Sequence record: NC_061447.1 | DNA length: 64,000 nt | Strand: one strand, 5' to 3' | Part shown: piece after piece, positions 54,613 to 63,900 of the stretch | Position numbering within the stretch: position 1 is the stretch's first letter | Layout of the letters: the number at the start of each line of letters is the position of its first letter | Translations under genes and position numbers: made by a program | Notes under the pieces: model-generated | The model's database searches: none | Seen by the model: only the letters and a program-made list of their open reading frames with translations | Told to the model about the DNA's origin: nothing

Positions 54613-54665
54613 GCATAAATCTGGACAAAATGAGGATTGTCTCAAAACAGCGTCCGTGATACAAT
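54613..54665 (+). promoter_or_regulatory. box promoter P9
   Basis: GCATAAAT-CTGGACAAAA-29 bp-(TGA)TACAAT. Confidence 0.85.
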
Positions 54666-54667
54666 AT

Positions 54668-54860
54668 AGAGACAGCGAGACATGTTCTCTCTGTGATGTG
54701 CCTATAACGTCTTGACCGTGTGTTTATTTTTTCCCGGGCACACGGTCCTTTTTAAAGCTGCTTCCTGTGAGGCTGTTTTAAAAAGGGTTCGATACCCTTT
54801 GAGCGCGTCGGGCTTTACGCGGTTTCCGCCTGCCGTGCTCTCATGCTAAACCGCAAAGGA
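54668..54860 (+). ncRNA. candidate structured ncRNA or 5' leader with tRNA T-arm mimic
   Basis: Stacked hairpins 54714-54747, 54747-54786, AAGGG-TTCGATA-CCCTT at 54783-54799, GCGGTTT/AAACCGC 54819-54854; no ORF. Confidence 0.45.
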
Positions 54861-54867
54861 AATAGAT

Positions 54868-55698
54868 ATGCCTAATACTTCACGCCCTAAGACAGAAGAC
54901 AAATTCTCCCGCGCTCGCGCCGCTAAGAACTCGCCAAAGCGCGTTAAAGGCAAAAAGCCTAGCGAGCGTCCTGAGAACGAAGGTGAGAAGAAACGCCCAA
55001 CACCACGCGGGCCGTCTTCCGCTAAACCACGTCAACTGCCTCCTGGCTACGGTTACAAATCGAAAGCTACGGGCGAACGTCTCCCGGACACGCAGACGAA
55101 AATTCGTGACGAGGAACGCGTGTTCAATCTGGTTCACGCAATCTTATCAGCATGGAAGGTTACGACTGACGCGGAAGCGGTTGCTACGGGTATCATCAAA
55201 GTGTCTCGTCGTAAGATTGAAGGCGCCTTGCGTGACCTCAAGAATACGCGCTTCACTAAAATCCCGTCGCTGGTTAACGATATTCTGACCGATATGGACC
55301 TCTACAAAGAGTTCGGTCAGTGGGTGTATGTCGAACACGATTCTCCTGATTGGATTTTCGTTCGACTGCCTGAAAACAGTACGCAAGTGATTCGTGCTGA
55401 TATCAGTTCTGATCGTATTGGCGAAACGTCTGCTGCCGTGACAACCAGAACAGAAGTTCTGCTTGACGGTGCGCACCTCGAAGAAGATGAAGAGGAGATT
55501 CCTGAGAACGTCGAGTATGGCGACGAAGAAGAAGAATCTGACGAAGAAGAAGAATCTGACGAAGAAGAAGATGATAACGCCGCTGCTGTTGCTAAGATGC
55601 GCAAGTATCTGGTAGCTGCGCAAATCATCAAGCCAGAAGCTGCCGTCAAGCTGTCTGACAATGACGTAGTGAGGTTGTATAGCTACTACCGAGCGTAA
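54868..55698 (+). CDS. hypothetical protein, basic N-terminus and acidic C-terminus
   Basis: AAGGA RBS. Confidence 0.8.
   Translation: MPNTSRPKTEDKFSRARAAKNSPKRVKGKKPSERPENEGEKKRPTPRGPSSAKPRQLPPGYGYKSKATGERLPDTQTKIRDEERVFNLVHAILSAWKVTTDAEAVATGIIKVSRRKIEGALRDLKNTRFTKIPSLVNDILTDMDLYKEFGQWVYVEHDSPDWIFVRLPENSTQVIRADISSDRIGETSAAVTTRTEVLLDGAHLEEDEEEIPENVEYGDEEEESDEEEESDEEEDDNAAAVAKMRKYLVAAQIIKPEAAVKLSDNDVVRLYSYYRA
55522..55571 (+). repeat. 18-bp coding tandem repeat (GACGAAGAAGAAGAATCT x~2.8)
   Basis: Encodes DEEEES repeats. Confidence 0.8.
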
Positions 55699-55750
55699 GC
55701 ACTAACGAGCGGGGCAGTGAAATATAGCTGCCCTGCTATCTGCGAAGTAT

Positions 55751-55804
55751 GCAGAAAACTGGACAAAATCGTGGTTGTTATCTGCCGGCCACCTATGCTA
55801 TAAT
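55751..55804 (+). promoter_or_regulatory. box promoter P10
   Basis: GCAGAAAA-CTGGACAAAA-30 bp-(TGC)TATAAT. Confidence 0.85.
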
Positions 55805-55860
55805 AGATTCAGACGCAATAGTGCGTCACACACAAAAACATATACTGAGGAGTATTAATC

Positions 55861-57492
55861 ATGGCACGTATCGAAACTAACACTAACCTGGTTGGCAAAA
55901 CTATCGTCCTGCTGAACGGCACCAAATCTAAAATCGAAGATGCAATCGCGTCTGGTTATAAAGTGAAGGGCCTGACCAAGCGCATCGCCACCCGCTGCAT
56001 CATCAAAGAAGGCTCTCACTTCCGCGAAATCGAACGCATGAACATGAGCCAGCTGGAAGATACAGGCGAAGGTTATGTTAAGCTGAAAGATGCGAAAGCG
56101 TCTGGCAAGAAAACTGCCAAGAAAGAAACTGCCGCGCCGAAAGCGTCTGGCAAGAAAGCTGGCTCTAAGAAAACTTCTGGCAAGAAAGACGCCAAGCCGA
56201 CGAAAGACAAAGAGCCTAAAGTTCGTCGTAAATCTTCCGAAGAGCAATCCGAAGATTACCAGAATCTGGCTCACGCTATCATCAAAGGCGGCAAAGCCAA
56301 GCCTGCTGTTGAGATCGAAGCTGTAGACGAGTCGCTGACTGATGCAGTTGCTCAACGTCTGGCCCATTACGTGCTTAACTCTGACGTTGCAAAAGTGTGC
56401 GCTGATAACAAAACGCCGATCGCTAACGCACTGGACGTTACTTACGGTGCTGAGTATGCGCCTGAAGGTAACGTGCTCCAGATTACGCTGAATCTGCAAT
56501 ACGCTGCGCCTGTGAAAACTGTTGCTGCTGCGCCTGAGCTGGACGAAGCTGTGGCGAAACGTGCTGCCAAGCTCGCTGCTAAGAAGATTGGCAAAGTGCT
56601 GGCGAAAGCAATCAAAGCGGCCTTCGACCTTGAAGACGCGAACGACCTGCTGCCTGGTACCGTGTTGACCAGCGAAGGTACTGAGTTCGTGTTCGTCGGT
56701 GAGTCTGCGAAACATGCAGGCAAAGCGCTGATGTATAGCGCCGACACTGACGGCTTCAAATCATTCGGTGCCGACAAACTGGCCGACTTCGAAATCGTCG
56801 CTGATGAAAGCGAAGAAGAGGAAGAAGATGAAATTGAAGATGAAGATGAAATCGAGGAGGAAGAAGAAGAGGAAGAATCCTCCGAAGACGAAGAAGACGG
56901 TGAAGAAGACGATGGCGAAGAAGAAGACGGCGAACCGCAAGATGCCGAATACGAGTTCGTCGCAGTCGATGCTGATCAACTCGAACTGGTCAACAAGAAA
57001 GTAACCGCCAAGTATCACGCTTCACTGGCTGAACGCTTCGGTGTTGACGAAGAAGCTCTGGCCCCAGGCCTGATGTTAACTGACGGCGAAACTACTTTCG
57101 CTTACCTCGGCTGCGATAGCAAAGGCGGTCTGCTGGTTATCGACCTGTCTGATGATGCAGACGAAGATGATAACGTGCTGGTGTATAGCAAAGCCGATAT
57201 CAAAACTCTGACCGACTTTAGCCCTGTGATCGATAGCGGTGAAGCTGACGATTCAGAAGAAGAAGACGGTGAAGAAGAAGACGGTGAAGAAAACGACTTC
57301 GAAGATGAAGAAGATGGCGAAGAGGAAGACGGCGAAGAAGAAGACGACTTCGAGTTTAACGACCTGCCGTCCGAAGATCTGGAAGACCTGTCCGAAGACG
57401 AACTGCGTGACCGCGTTGTTGAAGCCGGCCTGACCACTGTGCGTAAAGCTGAGAACATGAAAGCCGCACAACTGCGCAAGCTGCTGAAATAA
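55861..57492 (+). CDS. modular protein: H1-like K/A segment, two similar beta domains, acidic tracts, C-terminal HeH
   Basis: GAGGAG RBS; KASGKK repeats; LEDLSEDELRDRVVEAGL. Confidence 0.82.
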   Translation: MARIETNTNLVGKTIVLLNGTKSKIEDAIASGYKVKGLTKRIATRCIIKEGSHFREIERMNMSQLEDTGEGYVKLKDAKASGKKTAKKETAAPKASGKKAGSKKTSGKKDAKPTKDKEPKVRRKSSEEQSEDYQNLAHAIIKGGKAKPAVEIEAVDESLTDAVAQRLAHYVLNSDVAKVCADNKTPIANALDVTYGAEYAPEGNVLQITLNLQYAAPVKTVAAAPELDEAVAKRAAKLAAKKIGKVLAKAIKAAFDLEDANDLLPGTVLTSEGTEFVFVGESAKHAGKALMYSADTDGFKSFGADKLADFEIVADESEEEEEDEIEDEDEIEEEEEEEESSEDEEDGEEDDGEEEDGEPQDAEYEFVAVDADQLELVNKKVTAKYHASLAERFGVDEEALAPGLMLTDGETTFAYLGCDSKGGLLVIDLSDDADEDDNVLVYSKADIKTLTDFSPVIDSGEADDSEEEDGEEEDGEENDFEDEEDGEEEDGEEEDDFEFNDLPSEDLEDLSEDELRDRVVEAGLTTVRKAENMKAAQLRKLLK

Positions 57493-57580
57493 GATCGACC
57501 TGTAATACGAAAACTTGAAGTAAGATGCGGTTCAGACAGAGCCGCATCTCTGACAACTAAGCTGATTGAGGAATCACACT

Positions 57581-58813
57581 ATGTCAAACGCAAATGCAAA
57601 CCTGTTGAATGCCCGTGTACGTCGTCTGGACGGCACCACCACTTTCATCAACAAAGTAAACGCTAACGGTTATAGCACCGACGCGAAAGGTCCGCAGATT
57701 CCGGTGAAGCGTATCGTGCTTGCTGGTAAAACTCTGAAAGAGATCGAACAGCCGTATGCGAAAGCCGAGCACGTTCTGATTGACGGCATCACCGTTAAGC
57801 TGAACAAGCCCCAGCAGAAAGATCTGCGCAACGACGAAATCGACGTTGACACTATCAAGCCTGACTTCGGCAATTTGGTCTACATCGACCCTGAGACAGG
57901 CAAGCCTGCTGTGAAAACTGCGAAAGTGAAAGGCGGCGTGAAAGCTACCCGCGAACGTAACAAAGACAAGCGCACCAAGAAAGAGCGTAAAGCAGAAGTC
58001 GCCGCGTCGAAAGACGAAATCGACATGCTGCCGTCTGCTAAAGTTGATCGTAAAGCTGAACTGGCTGGCATCATCGACGCAACCATCGCCGACGCGAATA
58101 CGAAAGACCGTCGCAAGATGTTGAGCGAAGCGTTTGACATGGACTGGAAAGATGTGAAGAAACACGGCGGTGCTGGTGTTATCAAACACATGGGCCGCAA
58201 AGCTGCACAGACCGCAGTGAATCGCCTGAACGCCAGCGTAACGCAAGACACGTTCATCAAGCAGATGCCTGTCGCGTTGAAACGTCTGATTCAAGACGGC
58301 GCCCTGACGTTGAATCGTTCGCAGATTGAGCGCGTACTTAGTGCGCTTGACCTCGACGTGAAATTCTACGATGTTGCCATTCAAACTCTGATGGGCAACC
58401 TCAAGCTGTCTCTCGATAAGTCCATCGAGAACCCGAAAGTGAAATCAAAGAAGGCAAAGCATAAACTTGCCGTGCCTACATACGCTTCGGAAAAAGAAAT
58501 CACCAAGCGTATTCGCAAGATGACGATCAAGCTCATTAAGCCAAGCAAGAAAGATATGCCAGCGCTGAAAGAGCACTCGAAAGCATCGAAAGCGGTTATC
58601 GCTAAAAAGCTGGGTATCAAATCTTCTGACGTGAAGCGCGGCCTGATCGTCTACAAGCCGAATGGCGTTGAGTTGATGTTCCTGACTTGCGATATGACGG
58701 GTCCTGTCTTCATCGACAAAGACGGTGCTGAATGTGTGATGGCCCATGCTAATGTTGACAGCACGTTCAACCTGACCCTGGGCAAAACCTCTGAACTGGA
58801 TGCCAGCGTATGA
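57581..58813 (+). CDS. basic protein, partial paralog of 55861 gene
   Basis: GAGGA RBS; shared N- and C-terminal domains. Confidence 0.8.
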   Translation: MSNANANLLNARVRRLDGTTTFINKVNANGYSTDAKGPQIPVKRIVLAGKTLKEIEQPYAKAEHVLIDGITVKLNKPQQKDLRNDEIDVDTIKPDFGNLVYIDPETGKPAVKTAKVKGGVKATRERNKDKRTKKERKAEVAASKDEIDMLPSAKVDRKAELAGIIDATIADANTKDRRKMLSEAFDMDWKDVKKHGGAGVIKHMGRKAAQTAVNRLNASVTQDTFIKQMPVALKRLIQDGALTLNRSQIERVLSALDLDVKFYDVAIQTLMGNLKLSLDKSIENPKVKSKKAKHKLAVPTYASEKEITKRIRKMTIKLIKPSKKDMPALKEHSKASKAVIAKKLGIKSSDVKRGLIVYKPNGVELMFLTCDMTGPVFIDKDGAECVMAHANVDSTFNLTLGKTSELDASV

Positions 58814-59190
58814 CAAACAACGAAATCGTTTTGTCTGGTGTATTCGCTCAAATCTATTCGCGGCTGACAACGGCCGCGATACTCAAAACCTACGTGTACT
58901 ACTCTGACCTGTCACCTGCGGTGTTTGGTCTCCAGCTTAACGTGAGCACGGCACAGTATCACGCGCTGTGGGAATTTGTAGTGAAGACCATGCGTCTTGA
59001 TATTGCTAACGGCCGCCCACCGTTAGCTGCTCTTTATGTGTCGCGGGCAAACGACGAGAAGGCTCCTGCGAAGAAGTTCTTCTCTGAATACTACAAGCTC
59101 ACTGGGAAGCGCCTGACACTTGATGAATGGCAAGCACTCGTTGAACATGTGTGGAAATCATATGAGCCAGATCTTCGGGAGCCATCATGA
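58810..59190 (+). CDS. hypothetical protein
   Basis: ATGA overlap. Confidence 0.72.
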   Translation: MTNNEIVLSGVFAQIYSRLTTAAILKTYVYYSDLSPAVFGLQLNVSTAQYHALWEFVVKTMRLDIANGRPPLAALYVSRANDEKAPAKKFFSEYYKLTGKRLTLDEWQALVEHVWKSYEPDLREPS

Positions 59191-59648
59191 AAAAGTCGAA
59201 AGTTGTAATTAGTCGTGGCGGCTACAGGCCGTCTTCACCAGAAGAAGCTCAGAAGCTGGTAGCTGAGTTTATTCTGGGTACCATCGGAGTTAACCCTACT
59301 GTTATCAGCCAGCAAATGTTATTGAACGTTGCGAACTACAATTACCTGACGTCTATTGCTGACACGGGTAAGGCAAATCAAGCGAACCAGAGCGCATTGC
59401 ATAAAACTGTAAAAGAACTTAATGCGTTCTGTAGATTGCACAAGATTCCACTGGGATTACTAATTATGCCGCATACGTCGGCCAGTGATTATGCTGGTGA
59501 CGAGGTTGTAGCGATTCCTTGGGAGCATGTGCGCACAAACGCATTGAGCCAGTCTGCCATCGAATCTCTGTTTGAAGTAGTTGTAGCCGATGGTTATCCG
59601 CAGTTTGTGACTGATGCGAAAACAGTAGAGGGATACAATGTTTTATGA
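59187..59648 (+). CDS. hypothetical protein
   Basis: ATGA overlap, GGAG RBS. Confidence 0.72.
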   Translation: MKKSKVVISRGGYRPSSPEEAQKLVAEFILGTIGVNPTVISQQMLLNVANYNYLTSIADTGKANQANQSALHKTVKELNAFCRLHKIPLGLLIMPHTSASDYAGDEVVAIPWEHVRTNALSQSAIESLFEVVVADGYPQFVTDAKTVEGYNVL

Positions 59649-60918
59649 CCACGTATTCAACCACGACCAGAGACAGTTGCTCTTGTCTGTGGCTGAATCT
59701 AAATATCTGGTGCGGCTTGACTGCCCCGACTATTTGAAAAAGTCGAAACATGCAATTGAAGTTCGGCACACAGTAACCAACCGCGGCGAGCAACGCCGTA
59801 GCGGTACAATCACAACTGCATTCGTACCTCGCATTCATTCCGCAACCGTACAGCGGCTTGTGCGTGAAGTACGTGACACCCAAAGCAAGAGCGCGTCGTC
59901 CAGTCTGGCTGCGCTGTTTGAGCTAGGGCTTGGTGTACCGAAGCAACATGACATTGCGGTGTACCTGAAAGACTACTGCCAGGAAAACGATAAGAAGGGT
60001 GTGGGTATCAAGTATATCCGCAAACTGATTAACGAATACCACCGCAAGCATCGTCATAGCTTCGCGGGAAGTCGCTGGTTGATGCCTGCCGCTTACACGG
60101 CGAACATGCTCAACATGCAGTCCTTCATTCATCTGAAAGAAGACGGCTATGCGAACAAGGTGAAAGTGCCTGATGGTATTCCTGTCGTGTTCATCTACCA
60201 GAACACGAATCATGAGCAAGCCACATTTACTTTGTGTGACGCATTCACGATAAGCCCGCTTGGTTATCCGATGCCGTTCGCACAGATAGCGTTACGACCT
60301 GAGTTCAAAGCTGCACCGAAAGAGTTCAAGTCGAAAGCGCTGCGTGGCAAGAGCATGTATGCGATGGTCATGGGCATGGTTTACTGGACAGAAGGTGATT
60401 CTGTTTCTAACTTCCGCGAACTGCAAGATATCGACGACGACCCGTACCTGACGTTGCTGTCAAACGACAAGTATGCTGATCGCCGCAGCCCTGAATATCA
60501 GGCACTGCTGGACGAACGTGTTGCGTTGAACGAGCAGGCGCCGAAGTGGAACGCAGTGATTGCCAAGTACGGTAGCACGACTCGAACGCTCAAGCCTGAG
60601 CAAGCCGAGAAGCTCCAGAAAGCTAACGACTTCTTCCAGAAGCGTAAAGAGTTCATGGATGCTTTCGACAAGTTCGAGAAGAAAGAGAACCACCATGCAG
60701 CGAAGAAGTTCGCCGCAGCCCGTGCTCTGTTTGCCGCCGTAGATTGTGGTACTATCATGGACCGCAGTACGTACATGTCGGTATCGTCTGGTCTTGACGA
60801 TGTGAATAAAATTCTCACTCGGTGGGGATTCACTACAGTCAACACTGTTAATAGTAGTTTGAAGAAGTCTATCCTTACTTATGACCGCAAAGGCGCAAGT
60901 CGCGTCTGGTCACTGTAG
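59638..60918 (+). CDS. hypothetical protein (basic, 426 aa)
   Basis: GAGGGA RBS. Confidence 0.78.
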   Translation: MFYDHVFNHDQRQLLLSVAESKYLVRLDCPDYLKKSKHAIEVRHTVTNRGEQRRSGTITTAFVPRIHSATVQRLVREVRDTQSKSASSSLAALFELGLGVPKQHDIAVYLKDYCQENDKKGVGIKYIRKLINEYHRKHRHSFAGSRWLMPAAYTANMLNMQSFIHLKEDGYANKVKVPDGIPVVFIYQNTNHEQATFTLCDAFTISPLGYPMPFAQIALRPEFKAAPKEFKSKALRGKSMYAMVMGMVYWTEGDSVSNFRELQDIDDDPYLTLLSNDKYADRRSPEYQALLDERVALNEQAPKWNAVIAKYGSTTRTLKPEQAEKLQKANDFFQKRKEFMDAFDKFEKKENHHAAKKFAAARALFAAVDCGTIMDRSTYMSVSSGLDDVNKILTRWGFTTVNTVNSSLKKSILTYDRKGASRVWSL

Positions 60919-60945
60919 ACAACCTTATCTGAGGAGATAACACAA

Positions 60946-63900
60946 ATGTCTAATAATAACCTGGGCGCTGCTGCAACATTCGGTTCTGAGACTCAACGCC
61001 AGATCGCTGATGAACAACGTCGCGCTAACTCGTCCGAGTCGGGCCACATCAACAAATGTACCATCGTTGTTTTGACTTCGCTTAACGCACACGGCCGCTT
61101 CTCTTATATGAGCGCCAGTGAGCAACTGCACGAAAAGCAGATCGAAGGCAAAGTGATGGACCGTCTGCCAAACCTGATCGAACGCGCATCTGGTCCTTCG
61201 ACTGACCAAAACAGCGCGTACTACATCCTGCATCCAAACAACGGTGTGCCTACTCGTATCGACGAGCGCATCAAAGTGGGTGAAGGCGATGCAGTCATCG
61301 TTTCGTATACTGTAAATAAAGCAGTGTCGGAGATGCACGGCAGTCTGTCGCTTGCTCTGTTCAGTGCTGGCGAAACAGATCTCGCGGACCTCGCAGCCGA
61401 GTTTGGCGTTCACTCCATCTCGATTGTCGAAGAAAGCAAAGCTGGTCCGTACATCCGCGCATTGGCCGCGCAGGTGGAAAATCTGCAAACTGTAAATATC
61501 ACAAGCATTGATGAAACTGACGGCGCTTTCGATAAAGCAGTAATCGACTACAGCGCGTTGCCGGCCAATCCTGTTACTGTGCTGTCCGGCGCTGTGCGTA
61601 CTTTCATCATGCAAACCATTGGCGGCGAGATCGTTGCTGCAATTCCAAATAACGGAGAACTGAACGTGAAACAACCTACTAACGCAACGCCGGTTAATCT
61701 GAACGAAGACTTCGATGCCGAAGACGAAGTTGTAGATCAGAACGAAGGCAGCGAAGAAGAAGTCGCGGCCGGCACGGACCTGTTTGGCTACAAGGCTGAA
61801 ACCCTGAGCGTCGAACAAATGTCCGAAGCGCTTGAAGCTATAGGCTACACGCTGGACGCTATGAACGAAGACGGCATCCGCGAATCGTTCGAAACTGAGC
61901 AGGCCATCTGGCTGGAAAAAAGCGAAAGCGGTGACGACTCCGCTGATGACTCTGCGGAAGACGAAGAAGAAGAGGAAGAAGATGGCGAAGAAGAAGACTT
62001 CGATGCTGTTCAGTTCCTCGCTTCTGTGCTGGTCGCCGAAGAGCTTGATCGCGCCGGTCTGAAAGTTCTGATCCGCACTCAGGATATTCCGGTGATGAAG
62101 AAAGACACCGTTGAAACTCTGACTGCGAAACTGCTGGAAGTTGTTGAAGGTGCAACCGAGCAGGAAATGATTGAACTGCTGAACACCTTCGTCGGCGCTC
62201 TGCAAGAGCACGAAATCGCCTGCCCTAACATGCTGGCCGCTCTGTCTTCTGACGAAGAAGACGAAGAAGACGAAGAAGAATCCGATGAAGAAGAATCGGA
62301 AGAAGACGAGTCCGAAGACAGCGAAGAAGAAGACGAAGACGAAGACGAAGTGCAGCACCAGATCGACGCTGTTACCGATCCTCTCGACTACTTCCAGTTT
62401 GCTGGCGGTATGCTGACTGCCGAACAACGCGCTGCCGCTGTTACTGCTATGGGCGAAGACGCCTCAACGATGACCATCGTTCAGGTAATGAAAGCGTTCA
62501 CCCGCATCCAGGGTCAGGCCAACGAAGAAGTTGAAGCCGAAGAAGTTGAAACCTCTAACGCCGAGCAAGTTGTTGAGCTGCTGCGCCAGTACGACGACGC
62601 TACAATTCAGCACGTAGCAGAAAGCCTGGGCATTCTGGTCGATGAATGCGAAACTGCTGACGAAATGATCGAAGCGATCATTAACGGCGGTAGCGAAGAT
62701 GACTTCGCGGCTGTTGAAGAAATCGCAACCAACTACGGTGTTGACCTGTCAGAGATTGCTGACGAAGACGGTCTGTCGTTTGTTGACGCGCTGCTGGCTG
62801 TGCTGCCTGAGTTCCTGGCCGATGACGAATCTGCCGATCAGGAAGACGAAGGCGAAAGCGACGAAGAAGCCGAAGATGAAGAAGGCGACTTCGTGGATGA
62901 CGAAGAAGAAGACGAAGAAGACAGCGCCGAGCAGGCTGCCGAGTCTGAAACTAACGATCATCTGAAATTCGTTAAAGACGTTGACACCACCAACTCCGTC
63001 GGCCCGATGCTGTCTGTCGATATGGACCAGACGCTGATCATCAACTTCACTCTGACTGACGGTAACACCTACGGTCCGATTGAAAGCGAACTGTCTGACG
63101 TTGGCGGCTTTAACTACCGCTACCCGTTCAATCTGGGTAAACCTGGTAAAGCGCCTGGCTCTATGCACCTGCCAGCTCAGTCTATTCTGGATATTCTGGA
63201 GCGCGTCGGTACTACTCGCTTCCTCGCTAACCCTAAAACGTTTGATATTGAAACGTGGGCGGAAAGCCTGGAGCAGACCATCAAGCAGGACCTCGATGCG
63301 AACCTGTACGCCGGCCGCATTGAAGACGGCATGGACCCTACCGAAGCGGGTCTGATTGTTGGTGACTTCATCGACGAAGAAGAAATGGCTCAGGCTGCTG
63401 AGATGGGCTATCTCGACGAAGACGGTCTGGACGAAATGCAGGGTGATCATCTGCCGCTGGCTAGCCTGTACAGTGCTAAGTCTCGCGTTCGTCCTGTTCA
63501 GGTTGACACCGCACACGTTGCGCTGCACACCACCGTGATGAACGTAGCTGTCCCAGGCTTCTGGGGTGACTCCGAAGTTTCACGTCTGGTGCAGGCTGCT
63601 GTTAACCGCGTTATCTCTCTGGCTGAAACAGTCGAAGGTATCAAAGTGTACGCTGGCTTCACTATGGAGTCTGCTGCTCTGCTGAACAACGACCGCCTGT
63701 TCGAAGCGCTGACCGCACTGCGCGCCATGGAAAACGTACAGTCCTACTCTGCTGCTGACGCTGCGAACTTCGACGATGCCGAAGACGTGATCGAAGTAGC
63801 AAGTGCGCTGGACTCTCGTGACCTGCCGCTGGCTGTGCTGTCTGGTGGTCTGGCTGCTGCAACGTTCGACAACGGCGGTGACCTGACCGTGCTGGTGCTG

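Noticed and set aside
54720-54807. Canonical tRNA gene
   Set aside because: T-arm and a GU-rich acceptor-like helix are present, but no proper D-arm or 5-bp/7-nt anticodon arm and no encoded CCA; kept only as a tRNA-like candidate.
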